Assembly: GCA_951406725.2 (NCBI GenBank)
Contig: OX597817.1
Coordinates: 38,192,001 to 38,256,000, forward strand
Reading direction: 5' to 3'
DNA from: Octopus vulgaris
Taxonomy: Eukaryota
Length of the DNA stretch: 64,000 bases
Positions 41,771 through 54,582 of the stretch are shown in pieces. The position numbers were made by a program, and so were the translations under genes. The notes under the pieces were generated by a model. The model worked only from the letters and a program-made list of their open reading frames with translations. It was not told where the DNA came from and searched no databases. The stretch's first letter is position 1. The number at the start of each line of letters is the position of its first letter.

Positions 41771-42314
41771 TAGTAAAATTAAATTTATTGTTTTATTTAT
41801 TTCTATATTAATTCAGTGTCACAATTCGTAAGAAAAGCGTCATTGGTTGGAGGTTCCAAGAAACCAATCACTGGTTTACTGTTTTTATGACGATGGGAGT
41901 GATGGGGGAAGTATGTGTAACTCAGTGGAGAACAAATATCACAATGGGCCTCGTTCGATAAGCACTAGGTTTTATGTTTTTTCGCGCATATTTACATCCT
42001 GTTCATAAGATATACACATACTCATTCACAATCATAAATACATATGTACACATACACGCACAGATGCAGGCACACACACATACACATATATACACAGACA
42101 TACATATATGCATATATGTACATATATACACTTATTCACGCCCTTTACATGTGTGTGTGCGCGCACACAATAGGCTTCTGCATAGTTTGCCCCTCATAAG
42201 GCATTAAGAATATCTTAAAAGACCTCTACTCAATACGGCGTATAGTGGGTCGCATCCAGAATCGCATGATTGTTACTCGAACTTATAATGTAGGCAGAGA
42301 TATACACGCATTTT

Positions 42315-42552
42315 TATTTTTCATCTTTTGCTTGTTTCTGTCATTTGACTACGGCTATGCTGGGGCTCCGTCTTGAAGAGTTTGAGTGGAATGAATAGAC
42401 CCCAGGAGTTATTTTATTTTAAAGCCTGGTACTTAGTCTATCGAGATTTTTTGCCGAACCACTAAGTTACGGGGATGTAAACACACCAACACCGGTTTCA
42501 AAGGGTGCAGAGAGACAAACACACAAATACACACACACACACACGCACACAC

Positions 42553-42608
<56 letters not shown>

Positions 42609-43272
42609 TCTTTTACATTTATTCTTTTACTTGTATGGCAGTGAGACCTGGACGCCATACACACGCCAAGAGCGTCACCTAAATATCTTTCACCTGCGCT
42701 GCCTCCGGAAAATGCTTGGCATCAAATGGGAGAATCGTGTCCTTAACAAAGATGTCCTCAAGCAAGCAGGAATACCAAGCATGTTTGCACTCCTCACACA
42801 AAGACATATGAGATGGCTTGGACATGTTAGTCGTATGGAAGATGGCAGAATCCCCAAGGACATACTCTACGGAGAGCTTGCTAGGGATACTAGGTCTGTG
42901 GGAAGACCGTTCATACGATACAAGGATGTTTGCAAAAGGGACATGAAGGCCTGCGACATCAATATTAGCAAATGGGAAGCAGTTGCTAGCAACCGTGGAG
43001 ATTGGCGACGCACCGTAAAAGAGGGAACACAAAGGAGTGACAAAGAGAGAGAGGAGAAATGGAAAGACAAGAAAAGACGTCAACAAGAAACTATGACATT
43101 ACAACCAGCCAGGCAAAGTCATCGCTACATTTGCGGCACCTGCCAGAGGGAGTGTTTGTCCAGGATAGGACTACACAGTCACAGTAGGAGATGTATTAGG
43201 ACATGAAATGTAAAAACCGGACAAGATTATTTTATGCGCAACTCCATTGTCTCCCGAGACAAAAAGGATGCC

Positions 43273-43321
<49 letters not shown>

Positions 43322-43470
43322 TTTTTTTTTTCCAACTATCAAATTCACTCACAAGGCTTTGGGCGGCCCGAGGGTATAGTAGAAGACACTTGCCTAAGGT
43401 GCCATGCAGTGGGACTGAACCTGAAACCATGTGGTTTAGAAGCACGCTTCTGACCACGCAGCCAAGCCTA
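42315..43470 (-). mobile_element. SINE family B split by an RTE insertion within its internal microsatellite
   Basis: 3' half at 42315-42530. 5' half at 43325-43470, with tRNA-like head ggctgcgtggtcagaag..ggttcagtcccactgcatggcacc on the minus strand. Confidence 0.75.
42625..43305 (+). mobile_element. RTE/BovB-like LINE 3' fragment, open ORF to 43206, 3' hairpin and (CAA)n tail
   Basis: LYGSETWT..RHLNIFHLRCLRKMLGIKWENRVLNKDVL..RWLGHVSRMEDGRIPKDILYGEL..GRPFIRYKDVCKRD..CGTCQRECLSRIGLHSHSRRC; ttgtctcccgagacaa hairpin. Confidence 0.95.
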
Positions 43471-43564
43471 TAATTTGAAAGAAAAAGTTAATGGCTATTC
43501 CTTGTACATGTAAATGTGTTGTTGTAATGTGAGCTGACTTAGCATTTCAGTTGATCATCAAAAT

Positions 43565-44345
43565 GGACAGGTGACGTGAACATCAACGGCGCGATACTAA
43601 CACATCTCCGATTCACAGATCACATTGTGTGAATTGCCGAAACCGCACATCAGCTGCTGACCAAGCAGACAATGCTAGACATACATAGTCAGCTGTAGGC
43701 CTTAAAATGAATTGCAAGAAAACAAAATAATGCGATCCGAAGACTTAGCAGAAAGTCGAACAGAGGTTGGGTGCGATGAAGTCAAGAAAGTAAAGGAGTA
43801 CGACTACTTAGGGCATACAGTGAATATGTACCGAGACAAATATGATGAAATCTCGAAGAGAAAACGGGCAGGACAGAAGGCGTTTACCTCAATAAATGTG
43901 CTCAAAGTAAAGCTGGACAAGGCGATAAGTAGCAGACTCTTCAATAGCATTGTTCTACCTTATATGCATGAGACATGAGCTACTGCGAAGAGAGAAAAAC
44001 ATTGATTGACTACAACACAAAGGGTCATGGGAAGATCCAGGAATATCATTACGAGAACCTATTCGAAATTAGATAATTCGAGAATGCAGCGGAGTGAATG
44101 ACGTGACTATAGAACGTGACGTGACTCAAAGAACAAATTCCTCTGGGTCGAAGATGCTGTAAGTTTCACAAACAACTGGCGGACCCATGTTGTTGCCGAA
44201 TGATAAACAAGAAAACAGAAAAGGCCCCTCGGAAGGCCTCCAAGACGATGGGAAGGCGATTTGGTTAAGTGATTTGGTACAAGATGGGAAAAAATGGCGA
44301 ATTTAAGAAATAATTGGAAGCGCATTGTGACCAGCGATGTATAAC
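43565..44345 (+). mobile_element. RTE-clade LINE fragment (decayed)
   Basis: VNINGAILTHLRFTDHIV (FADD-like); KVKEYDYLGH..EISKRKRAGQKAF..LFNSIVLP; KRPLGRPPRRWEGDL. Confidence 0.85.
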
Positions 44346-45257
44346 GGCATACCGCGATGCAGTTACATATATAGACATACAAACATTCACACGTCTCTAC
44401 TTTTCTCATCACCCATATTGTATCCAACACTTGTATCCAGGATCCACATTAACAACTACGCCAAGTCTTTTCTCTCAGAATGTCGGTCCACTAGAATAAC
44501 CTCGTGTATATATTTTTCTTGTAGGCGCCAACTTTGAAAGGAATATCAAATGCCTTTACCTCACTGGTATCTGAAGGGTTGTAAAGTATATGGTTACAGT
44601 CATCCATTCAGATAAAAACAAAATACAGAAATAGAAAGGAAAATAATGAGGTTATATTGAGTATTTGAAACGGGAATATAGCAACCAATCAGCAAACACA
44701 AAATCCAAACAAGTGAACAAACACAAGCATGAAAACATGCCCACCAGTGAATATAAACATACCAGCGAAAACCGAGTTGTAACAGTTCTCGCCTGAAGAT
44801 CGCAGTGACATAAAACTCGAGTGGTAACACAAAATTTGAGTCCCATTAAGTTACATACAGTCGTGCGCGCACTCACATATATACATAAACACATGTGTGT
44901 GTGTGTTTGCGTGCGTGTACTCGCACACGAATGTTTACGTGTACAAACGAAAGAATGGGAGCACGCAATATAAATAATTATTGATTCACGCTACAATACT
45001 TTAAATTTCACACACATACAGAACGTCTGGTATCTTTCACATGCTTATCGTGAACGGAGGTGTAACCACAGGTCTTTGGTAGCTCCTTTATTAGTAGTTA
45101 ATAAAGTCGATTCTTGTCAGTCAAGGCAAGTTTTATACATACATACATACATACATACATACATACATACATACATACATACATACATACATACATACAT
45201 ACAGACAGACAGACAGATAGACATATATACATATAATACACACACACACACACACAC

Positions 45258-45332
<75 letters not shown>

Positions 45333-45452
45333 GAGAGAGAGTCATATACAGATACACAATCATACATATATGCATAAAACATGTATGCATGTGTGCGTGT
45401 GTATGCGTGCGGGTGTATGTGTGTGTGGTTTATGTGTGTACATGTGTGTAAA

Positions 45453-45484
<32 letters not shown>

Positions 45485-45861
45485 TCCGTCTATTGAGCTT
45501 AACTCAAAGGCATTACTAAACCCGAGTGTACTTTAGAACATTCTTGCCTAGATTCCTGCACAATAGGATCGAAACAGGAAGCATGTGATTGCGAAATATA
45601 TTACATTATGTCATCATTACCACCACCACCACCACCACCATCATCATCAACATCAACAACAACGACAGCAACAATAATAGTGGTAGCAGCATACTAGCAA
45701 AATATTCAATGGTATGTTACCCTCTCTCGTTACTCCCCCTCTTCCTCAATACATCATCATAGCATCACCGTTTTTCTTTCTTTCTGTCTTTCTTTCTTCC
45801 ATCTACATCTGCCTATTTTTACTATATCAGTAACAACTATTACTATTAATACTGTTGCTGC

Positions 45862-45864
45862 TGT

Positions 45865-45924
<60 letters not shown>

Positions 45925-45931
45925 CACCACC

Positions 45932-45999
<68 letters not shown>

Positions 46000-46000
46000 G

Positions 46001-46063
<63 letters not shown>
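45862..46063. repeat. Compound (TAC)n-(CAC)n-(TAC)n microsatellite, followed by cryptic ACA/ACC-rich sequence to about 46900
   Basis: Seen directly. Confidence 0.9.
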
Positions 46064-49000
46064 GCTTACAATTGTGTGCAACAGCAACAACGGTAGTAAG
46101 CAGCTTATGAGGGAGCCACTACGCAGCTCCACTTGCTAGAAATTACAAGCAATTCTCCTTCATATCAAACTCGACACTCTGAACAAAGTCACGTAATAAT
46201 AGCTTCAAAAGAAATGTTTAAAAATCATACATAAAGCCTGCTCAGTCGGAACTGACCCTGGGTTAAACCGTAACAACAACTATAGTAGCAATGACATTAC
46301 TACATGAACATGGATATCGATAGCAATAACAACATGAACATGACTGCAACGATTGCCAAAACAATATCAGCAATGGTAACAACAACAACAAATACAACCC
46401 TAAGAATGACAACAACCACTGTAAACTATTATAACGACGACATTTGCACTGAAATCGCACTCCAAGATCACGACCATTTACTATCACTACCACAACAACA
46501 GCAACAACAACCTTCGTTACTACCAACAGCACCACCATCAGCAACATCCACAACACACACAGCAACAGCCGCAACTACCACCACAACTACCACCGCAACA
46601 ACCTTTTTTTTTACTACTACCATCGCCACTACAACAACTTTACGCCGCCTTCGAAACCTCCAGCACTACCACCATCACCATTAACTCCACAGCGACCATT
46701 ACTACAAACACCACAGTCACAACCACAAACACCACCACACCATTACCGGTACTATCGCCACTACCATCAGCACCACCACTGTCAAAGTCACCACAAACAC
46801 CGTAGCCACCACCACCACCACCACCACCACCACCGAGTACCACCCCTTTCGTATCTACCCACATTACTATCAAACGTCAGTAATGCGGTGGCAACAACAC
46901 CAGTAGCATAGCAAGCAGTTGTAAGCAAGCAGTAGTCGATGAGGGAGGCGGCTCTTGCGGCGGTGGCGTTGATGATGATAGTGATAGTGATAGTGATGAT
47001 GGTGAGATGATGGCGACGGCGGCGGTGGTGTTAGCATTTCATGAATGGGGAAACATGTGAAAGAGAGAAACGCGTGCAAACGCATGTGTCGTATCTAGAA
47101 CACGTGGAGGTGTAGCTCCAGATTTTATCGAGTGATTCTGCCTAGCTCTGCGTCGTTAATAATTTCATTCATGTTGTGTGCGCGCGTGTGTGTGTGTGTA
47201 TGTGTGTGTGTACTCTCATAACTGTCTATGTGTGGGATGGAGTGGTGGGGGAATATTTGTGTGTGAATGTGGCGGAGAAAGAGGTGGTGGCGATGATGGT
47301 GGTGGTGGTGGTGATGGAGCAGCACTCATTGAGTGATGTACCACCTACTCCACCACTCCCACCACTATACACAGAAAGAAAATTACGTTGGTGCTTCTGC
47401 TGTTTAAACCCCAGGTCAGACCTGGTCGAGTAAACCCTTGACCAAAGGTATCCAAGCCATGACCATCTAGTGTCCGTTTTTTTTTTTTTTCTCTTTTTTT
47501 GGCACAGCGTATGTAGGACTACATAAACCAATAAACCAATCTTTCCTTCCTTTTATAAGACAGTGGGCATGTATTTTGAGAGTATTTTCGTTGCAACTAT
47601 TAGCAGGTCGAGTTACCGCGCAGGGAATTAGCCCTTAGGTTCCCATTTGTTGCGATACTGCTGGTGGCAGTGATGAAAATCAGCATTAGGGACTAGGGGT
47701 ATGGAAAAGGCCCAAGAAGCTGAGGCCGAGGCCATAGAACATAGAGCAAGAAGCTTTAAGTTACTCCTCCTTCTGTGAGCTGAAAAGTAAGGGAATGCCG
47801 TTCCCCTTCGTACTCCCCACCATTTTCATCACCGGTTAATGGGTGTAGACGTAGTAGTAAGGAATCATCCTCCACCACCATCACCAAGAATACCACCATC
47901 ACCAAGAATACCACCATCCCTACCGCCATCACTGCTGTTAGCGGAATAGGTAAAACGCCGTGCAAAATATTCTTTCACTTTTAGATGTACCGCTATCTTA
48001 CAAGTTCAAATCTAGCCTGAGTTGACATAGCTATTTTTACCCTCCGGGATCGATTTGATAGTTACAAGCAAAGCACTGAAATCGATTAAGCTGACTCAAC
48101 TCGTTACTAAATCTGTAGGCTTGTGCCTTAGTATTTTGAGAGGCAATTAGTGCTCTTGTTATTCTAAACAGTACACTTATCTCTACTGTTAACCTTCGCG
48201 CTACAAAAAAATCTTGAGCAAGTTTCTTCTTTTCTAACCTCTACCACCCAAGACATGTAAATGTAATTGGGCAGAATTGGAACTGACTGGAAGTCTGTCG
48301 GATGAGCTATCCCGCGTTTCAAGGGTCGTGGTATACTTGATTAGTCACTCAGTTTACATAGCACCACACTCCACCTTTTTTTTTTTTAATAGTTTGTTCA
48401 GAAGAAATGTAGTCGGCCATAAACTTTTTCAGGACCTTCGATACTTACAGAAGATTGTGGACGTTTGGAGTAACCTTCATACTCAGATCTGACCGTGAGT
48501 ACTTGCAACAGAAAAACCTCTGCTAACGGTATTCATACCCTAGCTAATGGTGTTATAACAAGGCAACAGATTAAGTCTACCAACAGTCGACAAAACAGGA
48601 ACAGCTCTTCCGAAGGGGTTTCGACACAGTTCCAGGGCTTTGGTAAAAAGCACTTGTCGAAGTTTTGTTTAGTGGGACTGAACCCAAAACCTCATAGTCG
48701 TGAACTATTATAATTCCACTCATATCTAACATACTCTTTTGGTACATACATTGATACAGTACTAGACTGGTTCTGTATTTTACCACTCCGGAAGGGATTA
48801 ATTTCAACTCAGAATGTAAAACGCCCTAGTTAAGTACCCACGCAAGACATTTTGTCCGGCGTTCTATTAATGCAGTCATTCCAACAGTGACCATCGTGTT
48901 TTTCTTTAGGGATGCCTAGGACTACATTATCAAATGTGTTTACTCTTTTTTTAGCACAGCATGGTGTGATTTGATAGGGATTTCACAGCTATTTTTAGCA

Positions 49001-49132
49001 TCATGAACTACTGTGTAGAGCTTCTCCTCGTTGATTCATGCGTAGGCGGGTACTGATTCGAGAAGGTGATGCCTATGTGAGGTGTTGATGGTGGTAGCAG
49101 CAGCAGCAGCAGCAGCAGCAGTAGTTGTTGTT

Positions 49133-49186
<54 letters not shown>

Positions 49187-49721
49187 ACAACAGCAACAAC
49201 ATCAAAAGCAGCAGTAACAGCAGTAGTGGTGGTGGTGGTGGCGGTGGTGGTGGTGTGATTACTGGTGGAGTTTGTTAGGGTTGATGGGTGTAGATAGTTC
49301 TCCCTTAAGCTCTGTAAGATGTTTGTAAAGGAATGTAAGGATGTGGGTAGTGCCAATGCTAAAAGAATGGCATTGGCAGTTTTGTAGTAGTAGTAGTGGC
49401 GGTGCTGGTGGCAGTGGTAATGATGACGCTGAGGTGACGGTGTAATGGAAAGATGTTTAAAGTATTTTTTTTTATTACGTGGGTGGGTTTCATTAATTTG
49501 GCGAGAAGATACCGGGGTAGGTAGGTATATGGGTGGATATGTAGCTTGGTTGGTAGGTAGGTAAATGGGTGAGCAATTAGCATAAGTAGGTTCGTGCGTT
49601 GCTGAGATAGGTAAGTAGGTAGGTAGAGTACGAAGAAATAAGAAGGAATGATGTTCGGCTTGATATTATTATTAAAAAAATTGATAAAATGAGTCAAGGG
49701 AAATAACACAAATAAGTTAAC

Positions 49722-49810
<89 letters not shown>

Positions 49811-49943
49811 TATATAAATTTATTTAATTGTTAAAAGAAAAAATATGCGAAAGGAAATAACTCAGATAGGACAATGCCATGAACTTTGATGATTTGTATA
49901 ATATAATTGCTTATAGAGTTTATCAATAATAGATTAGAGAATT

Positions 49944-49986
<43 letters not shown>

Positions 49987-50283
49987 AGAGGGTGGGAATA
50001 AAGTAAGAGGATAAAGTAGGAAGGAGAGGGAAGAAATGAAGAGAAGGAAGAGAAAGAGAGTGAGTGAGAGAGAAAGAGAAAGGGAGAGATGCAACAGAAG
50101 AAGTGAAATATGATGAAAATCGTGGAAAGAGGGAAGTATAGGAAATATAAAAAGAAAAAGTAAGAAAATAAGTAAATAAATAAACAAAATAGAGACCGGA
50201 AGGAGAAAAACAAAGAAATTAATGAAGAAACAAAACACATAAAGAGAAAAAGAAAGAATGACTGAATGAATATTATAAATATA

Positions 50284-50445
50284 GGCGCAGGTGTGGTAAG
50301 AAGCCTGCTTCTCAACCACATGGTTCCAGATTCAATCTCAATGCGTGGCACCTACCTTGAGCAAGTGTCGTCTACTATACCTTTGGGCGGACCCAGGACT
50401 TGGGAGTGGATTTGGTAGACGGAAACTGAAAGAAGGCCATCGTAT
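50284..50445 (+). mobile_element. SINE family B, 5' half
   Basis: ggcgcaggtgtggtaagaagc..ggttcc..ttgagcaagtgtc..ggatttggtagacggaaactgaaagaagg. Confidence 0.8.
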
Positions 50446-50737
50446 ATATATATATATATATATATATGGAAACATTTTTTTATCCTATATTAGAAGTAAA
50501 TTTATTACCGTTCACTTCGGGACTGGTAACCATTAAAAGTTGTGGTTCGGCACTAGTCACACGTGTGCTGAGGCTACCTAAAGGATTTTACATTTAGATA
50601 TAACTGGGGTACTTATGTGTACACATGACTCTTGCTTCTGCTTTTTTCCAAGGGTGCTTGTACGTATTACATTTATTTCTAATCGTATTCTCTACTGAAG
50701 AGGGGAAAATCCGTGTGTGTGTGTGTGTGGCAGTGTT

Positions 50738-51685
50738 TCATTTGGCGCAGTTTAGCCGAAGAACGTTGATGACAAATCTTTTGCCAGTTCCACATGGAGC
50801 ATCCAGAAAGAAAAGACCTCTTCCATTTTCAATGCTCGAAATAATGGTATTATAAACACCCAGTTGATCCTCCATCAGTTTGTGTTCTTTATCAGCTATA
50901 TACGCCGTCATTTCCGCGACATCATAGCTCATTTCTCGCAGGTACTCAATTGCGAGATTGTTTGCTGCCTGCTCTGGTTGAGGCAGACCAAATGTGAAAT
51001 TGCCTTGACCTCCCATAGCTTGCACTCGGGCGTCTAGGTCAAGTAATGCCTCATTGTAAATGGCGTTATTGAACGTAGCAATTTCCGCTGAGGTTTGCCC
51101 TTGAATCCTTTCTATATGTCTTCTGCCATGCTGGTTTTGTGAATCGCCCAAAGCTTGTGAGGTTCACGCAAGCCACATGTCATCAACATGATAAAAAATA
51201 GCTGGCACAGTTGACTTAGTGCTGTGCTGACTGCTGCCTTTTCCAGTGTCTGGTCCCAGTAAGCATCGCCCTCCAGTAGTCTATGTTTGGCCCAGGCTTC
51301 TCTATTGGGTGTGCAGACTTCCCATTGTGTTTTCGAAAGTCTGTGAATGATGTAGGACCTCTGACAGTGTGTAGCAGTAGATGCAGAAAGAAGCACTCCT
51401 GTTGATTAGGGTGCACACTGAACACCCGCCCGATGGTCCCACTTCTGAAGATAGCATCTTCTTCCCAGCCCTCAATGCATGTTCCTTGCTCGCGTCCGTT
51501 CCATCTATTGTGTGTCCAGGTATAGTACACGGGGACCACTAGATACAACAATGCTCGGTCAAACAGATCACACTGGCATAATTTTAAGAAAGCTGTCAAA
51601 GTAGTTTCTGGTAGATTCAGAACTACGTTTCGAGCATTGTCTTCTGTGAAATATATACGCTGACCATTTTCAAGATGTACAGATA
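50738..51685 (-). mobile_element. Helitron RepHel middle fragment, up to helicase motif I
   Basis: HLENGQRIYFTEDN..TTLTAFLKLC..IGRVFSVHPNQQECFFLHLLLHTVRGPTSF; LLEGDAYWDQTLEKA; LFFLDAPCGTGK (Walker A-like). Confidence 0.92.
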
Positions 51686-52032
51686 TATTTCAAGGTGTTC
51701 CTACATATAAATAGGGTGTGACCTTTGTGTTGACAATGCATTTGTCTAAAAGCAGAACAGTTCTTCATGCAGCGCTTGTCAATTGGCTGAGCGACATGAA
51801 AGGAATCGTCATTCATGGTGTATTCCTGAATAAGTCAATAACCGAAATAAGTGGATCTATTGTTTAGGAAAATGCTATTTACTTGTTTAAGGGTTGTGCT
51901 GAATAAATTGCGAAAATAATTCTAAAAATAAAATATATTAGTTATATATAAGGATCCCTTCTAGGGGCCCTATTATCGATTTTTCAACAACACGCAAACA
52001 TTGAATATGTTATACAGATAAAGTTTACTCAG

Positions 52033-52088
<56 letters not shown>

Positions 52089-52104
52089 ACACACACACAC
52101 ATAT

Positions 52105-52335
52105 ATATAAAGGGAAAGTTTATGAAAATAAACAAAAGACGAAGGCAGGTGCAGTAGAAACAAACAAATATATTAGTATAGCGCTCAGGAATAGAAAAAG
52201 TCTTTTACGTTTCGAGCCTACGCTCTTCGACAGAAAGATACACAGAAAAAAACAAGGAGAGAAACAAGGAGAAAAAAAAGGAGAGAAAAAATGCGTGTAG
52301 AAGCTAACGATCTATCATGGCGTCTATCATGGCGT
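52105..52335 (-). mobile_element. Short Penelope-type element with hammerhead motif (A6U variant) at 52201-52238
   Basis: Reverse complement: ucuuu CUGUCGA a gagc guag gcuc GAAA cg UA aaaga. Flanked by (TA)n; related to 13440-13700. Confidence 0.65.
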
Positions 52336-52349
52336 ATATATATATATAC

Positions 52350-52712
52350 ACGAGCAAAACGCCCCCGTCCAATGGACGGTGCTGAGTTGTCAAACATTTA
52401 AACCAAATTTTCTCAAAACAGCTTGTCCAACCGTCCCATAGGCCTACCCTTTGAGAAACACTGATGATTTTTACCTATTTTTGAGACACTAGCAAAAGAA
52501 GAAATAAAGATAGACTTTTTTCTATTCCAAGAAAAACGATTTTACAAATGCAGGTTTCCACGGCTTTATCGATCGCATTCTCACCTGGAATCGATTTTTG
52601 TAATTTTTTCAAGACTTATACACGCCCTGATACCGTCGGTATCTACATATCAATCGGATGGAGGATGCCCGAGATCCTAGAAGACATACACAGACAGAAC
52701 GGAATTTATATA
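52350..52712 (-). mobile_element. Non-autonomous Helitron-like element
   Basis: Reverse-complement 3' end accgtccattggacgg..ttttgCTCG|T (hairpin plus CTAG-like end). The 5' end lies in (TA)n with ctgtctgtgt. Confidence 0.55.
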
Positions 52713-52898
52713 ATATATATATATATATGTGTGTGTGTGTGTATATAATTAAATATAATTATAATTAAGGGTACTGAAAAACATATCACATGCTGGCCAC
52801 TGATAAGATCATTAAATGATTTTATCCTTAATTATTTATGCATACACACACACACACACACAAGGGTATCAACACTAAGCAGTGATGAGGAATAGACG

Positions 52899-53084
52899 AA
52901 CTTTAGGTTAGTTAAAATATGGTTGTTTCACATTTCAACTCCTAAAAATAAATTCACTACTGTTACCGTGTAGAGACACTGAGCAGATTAGTATTTTTGC
53001 GTCTTTTACCATAAGCGAGAATTTTTTTCTCCACGGTAACTGCAGTGAAATATGTCACAAACATATTTTGATTAACCTAAAGTC
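52899..53084. mobile_element. Palindromic MITE-like element (about 185 bp)
   Basis: ctttaggttagttaaaatatggttgt..catttca pairs with tgaaatatgtcacaaacatattttgattaacctaaag. Inner arms gttaccgtgtagaga / tctccacggtaac. Confidence 0.7.
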
Positions 53085-54582
53085 TGCGCGCGCGAGCGCG
53101 TGTGCGTGTGTGTGTGTGCATATGTATATATAGTTGTATTGTAGAAACTACAAGTTACAGCTATTTGCTAAACGGTTATCTTTAATTCGTATGGAATCAA
53201 TAATTCCCTAAATTAAACTACAGACAAAAGCTTGTAAACTCGCTCTATTAGCAGGAAACCAAAGGTATTAGATATTGTGATGACTATTTTGGATAAAAAA
53301 TATTTACACACCCTGTTCCCCAGTGTTGAGCACTCTTCTTGCGTCCCTCATGACTTATGTAACGTGTGTACACGTGGGAGCATGTATGAGTGCACATTTG
53401 TGTGCCTACACGTAGGTACATGTGTATATGTGTATGTATGTATTCTGCGAATTGAGGTGAAGGAAGTATTTAGCAAGTTAGATGTTATGTTTGCTCCTTT
53501 TATAATTACATCAGAGAGTGGTGGATTGACAGAATCGTTAGAGCGACAAAATACTGCGCCGTATTTGTTGAAATTTCACTGTAATGAACGATTTTCCTTT
53601 CATTATTTCGTTTTTCCTTTCATTATTTCGGGGTTGATAAAATAACTACGAGTTTTGCTGGGTTTGTGCCTAAATTAGAAACAATAATTACTTCAGAGTG
53701 GAAATCAGTCTACTTGCGGTTTGTAGTGGTAATTAGAAAGAAAACTATGCATTTAACTAAATTTGTTAATGAGCTATACTTTCAAAACAAGTATATATTA
53801 AGTAAGGTTTTTCTGCTGTTTTTTTCCCGAAGGTGGGGGACTAAAGTTGACATAAAGAGAATGAAAATAGTCTGTGATGTGGGACTTGAAACCATAACTG
53901 TTATTTGTAATACTATGTAGAGAGCAAACAGAATATCTTTGTCCGATCTTGCGTGAAATTGCAATCATTATGACCATTTATAATAATTATAGTCATTACT
54001 GTCATCACTATCATCCTCATTTATTCTTCCTCCTCTCTTTCATTTACCCCTCCCCTACATTTACCTCTCATATTTATTTACACCCTCCCCTCAATTCCTC
54101 CTCCCCATCATTCACTCTTCTTTTCGCGTTATTATTTTCGTTGTCGTTGTCATCGTTATGGCCATCTCCACAACATTAACTTTTATTAACAACACACAAA
54201 ACCACGTACGAGGTCTGATCGAGACGAATACACTTTACATCCAAAAACAACGGAAGTACTGTCTCTATGCAGAATTTCGCTGAATGACACCCCACTCTAC
54301 TGAATCAGTTGCTCACATGGTACCGAATTCAACCCAAGAAGTGCATTCGTATTTATACTTCCATTTGATACACGTTCTTAAGTCACATATAGTGTACTTC
54401 AGTAGATCTAAAAAATGCTTTAAGGGTGACTGAGAAAATATAAAATAGCTGCAAGTTTTTCTCTGTTTGAGATCCTAGAAACTGCCTGCCACAAGCCACT
54501 GGTTGATTATTATTTATCTTCATGTGACATCACTACAAGACAGCCAAAAGAAAAGAAGAAAAGCAAAATTTAATTTCATTAA

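Noticed and set aside
46263-46900. Thr/Gln-rich mucin-like ORFs
   Set aside because: Cryptic ACA/ACC simple-repeat decay with stops and no supported splice structure.
54205-54440. Possible mariner TIR start (tacgaggtctgatc)
   Set aside because: Only one short end was seen; no matching opposite TIR or transposase motif.
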